Shown here: piece by piece, positions 63,271 to 64,000 of the stretch | How positions within the stretch are numbered: the first letter of the stretch is position 1 | Layout: every line of letters begins with the position of its first letter | Assembly: GCF_001194135.2 (NCBI RefSeq) | Contig: NC_068984.1 | Location: 135,437,338-135,501,337 of the forward strand | DNA length: 64,000 nt | Direction: 5' to 3' | DNA from: Octopus bimaculoides | Lineage: Eukaryota | Program-made: the position numbers and the translations under genes | The notes under the pieces: model-generated | What the model saw: only the letters and a program-made list of their open reading frames with translations | The model's database searches: none | Told to the model about the DNA's origin: nothing

Positions 63271-64000
63271 TATAAAGTCTGTAAATGTGCGCCTGCTGCT
63301 ATGCGTACACGCGGATGCATTGATCATTATATTTGATCTGTGAGTGTATATCTGATGTCTGTGTGTGTGCTTGAAACTCGGATGCGTGTGTTGGATGGCA
63401 TGTACTCAGCAGGAAGATTTGGCTTCCAGAAGTTAAAAGCCACAATGAAAGAATTCGTGAAGTATGTAGTTGTACGTGTACGCTTAGTGATGTGAAAGTA
63501 AGCGTACGGGTAAATCTAGAATGCATAAGCTTTATTTATTTGTATGTTTGCGCTTGTATATGCACTTCTGTATGCTTCTACGCGTGTCTTGTATGGTGAA
63601 ATATTCAGCAAGTGTGTCTGTTGGGTAAATGTTTGTGTGTTGTGTGTATTTGAGCGTATTTTTTCACCAACTCTAACTCGGTTATGAAACATAATATCCG
63701 ATATTTCCGCGTCGCTAATTGTTTCGGGTAAATCTCAGCAAACACAATTTACTGTCTCGAGTATTCTTATTGTGGTTCTATCTATATTTGACTCACAGTC
63801 TGACAAGTGAGTAAATAATTTACGGAGCCTCTCATGTCATACACACCTTCAATTCTCTAAATACATACAGTTATATTTACAGTTATACATGCAGTTATTA
63901 GCACGCTTATATACATACATGTCTGAGTGGGTGTGTTGTTTTAAATACCTTGTGGTGTGTGTGTGTGTGTGTGTGTGTGTGTAAGCAAACACACACATAC

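Overview
Eukaryotic, AT-rich, microsatellite-saturated DNA from a scaffolded short-read assembly, with 9 N-gaps that mostly abut TA/CA/GA repeats. The SINE, LINE and mariner content resembles what I recall of octopus (coleoid cephalopod) repeats; the species call is an inference. I could not support any host protein-coding gene, rRNA, true tRNA gene or CRISPR array. Most ORFs in the track are microsatellite, N-gap or composition artefacts, or decayed transposon frames. The window is a transposon graveyard: about 8 fragments of R4/Dong-type RLE retrotransposons, RTE and CR1/L2 LINE ends, a Penelope-like RT, a decayed Gypsy pol, Tc1/mariner remnants and MITEs, a Helitron/Helentron-like element, and several tRNA-derived SINE families. 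The most notable signal is a minimal type I hammerhead ribozyme fold on the minus strand (3683-3740) inside a ~160-bp element flanked by (TA)n. Other notable structures are an RTE insertion with twin-priming geometry, a 333-bp fold-back element, a MITE fused to a SINE Pol III promoter, and a MITE cleanly interrupting a 175-bp tandem repeat. All calls were made by eye, and family names are recalled rather than searched.
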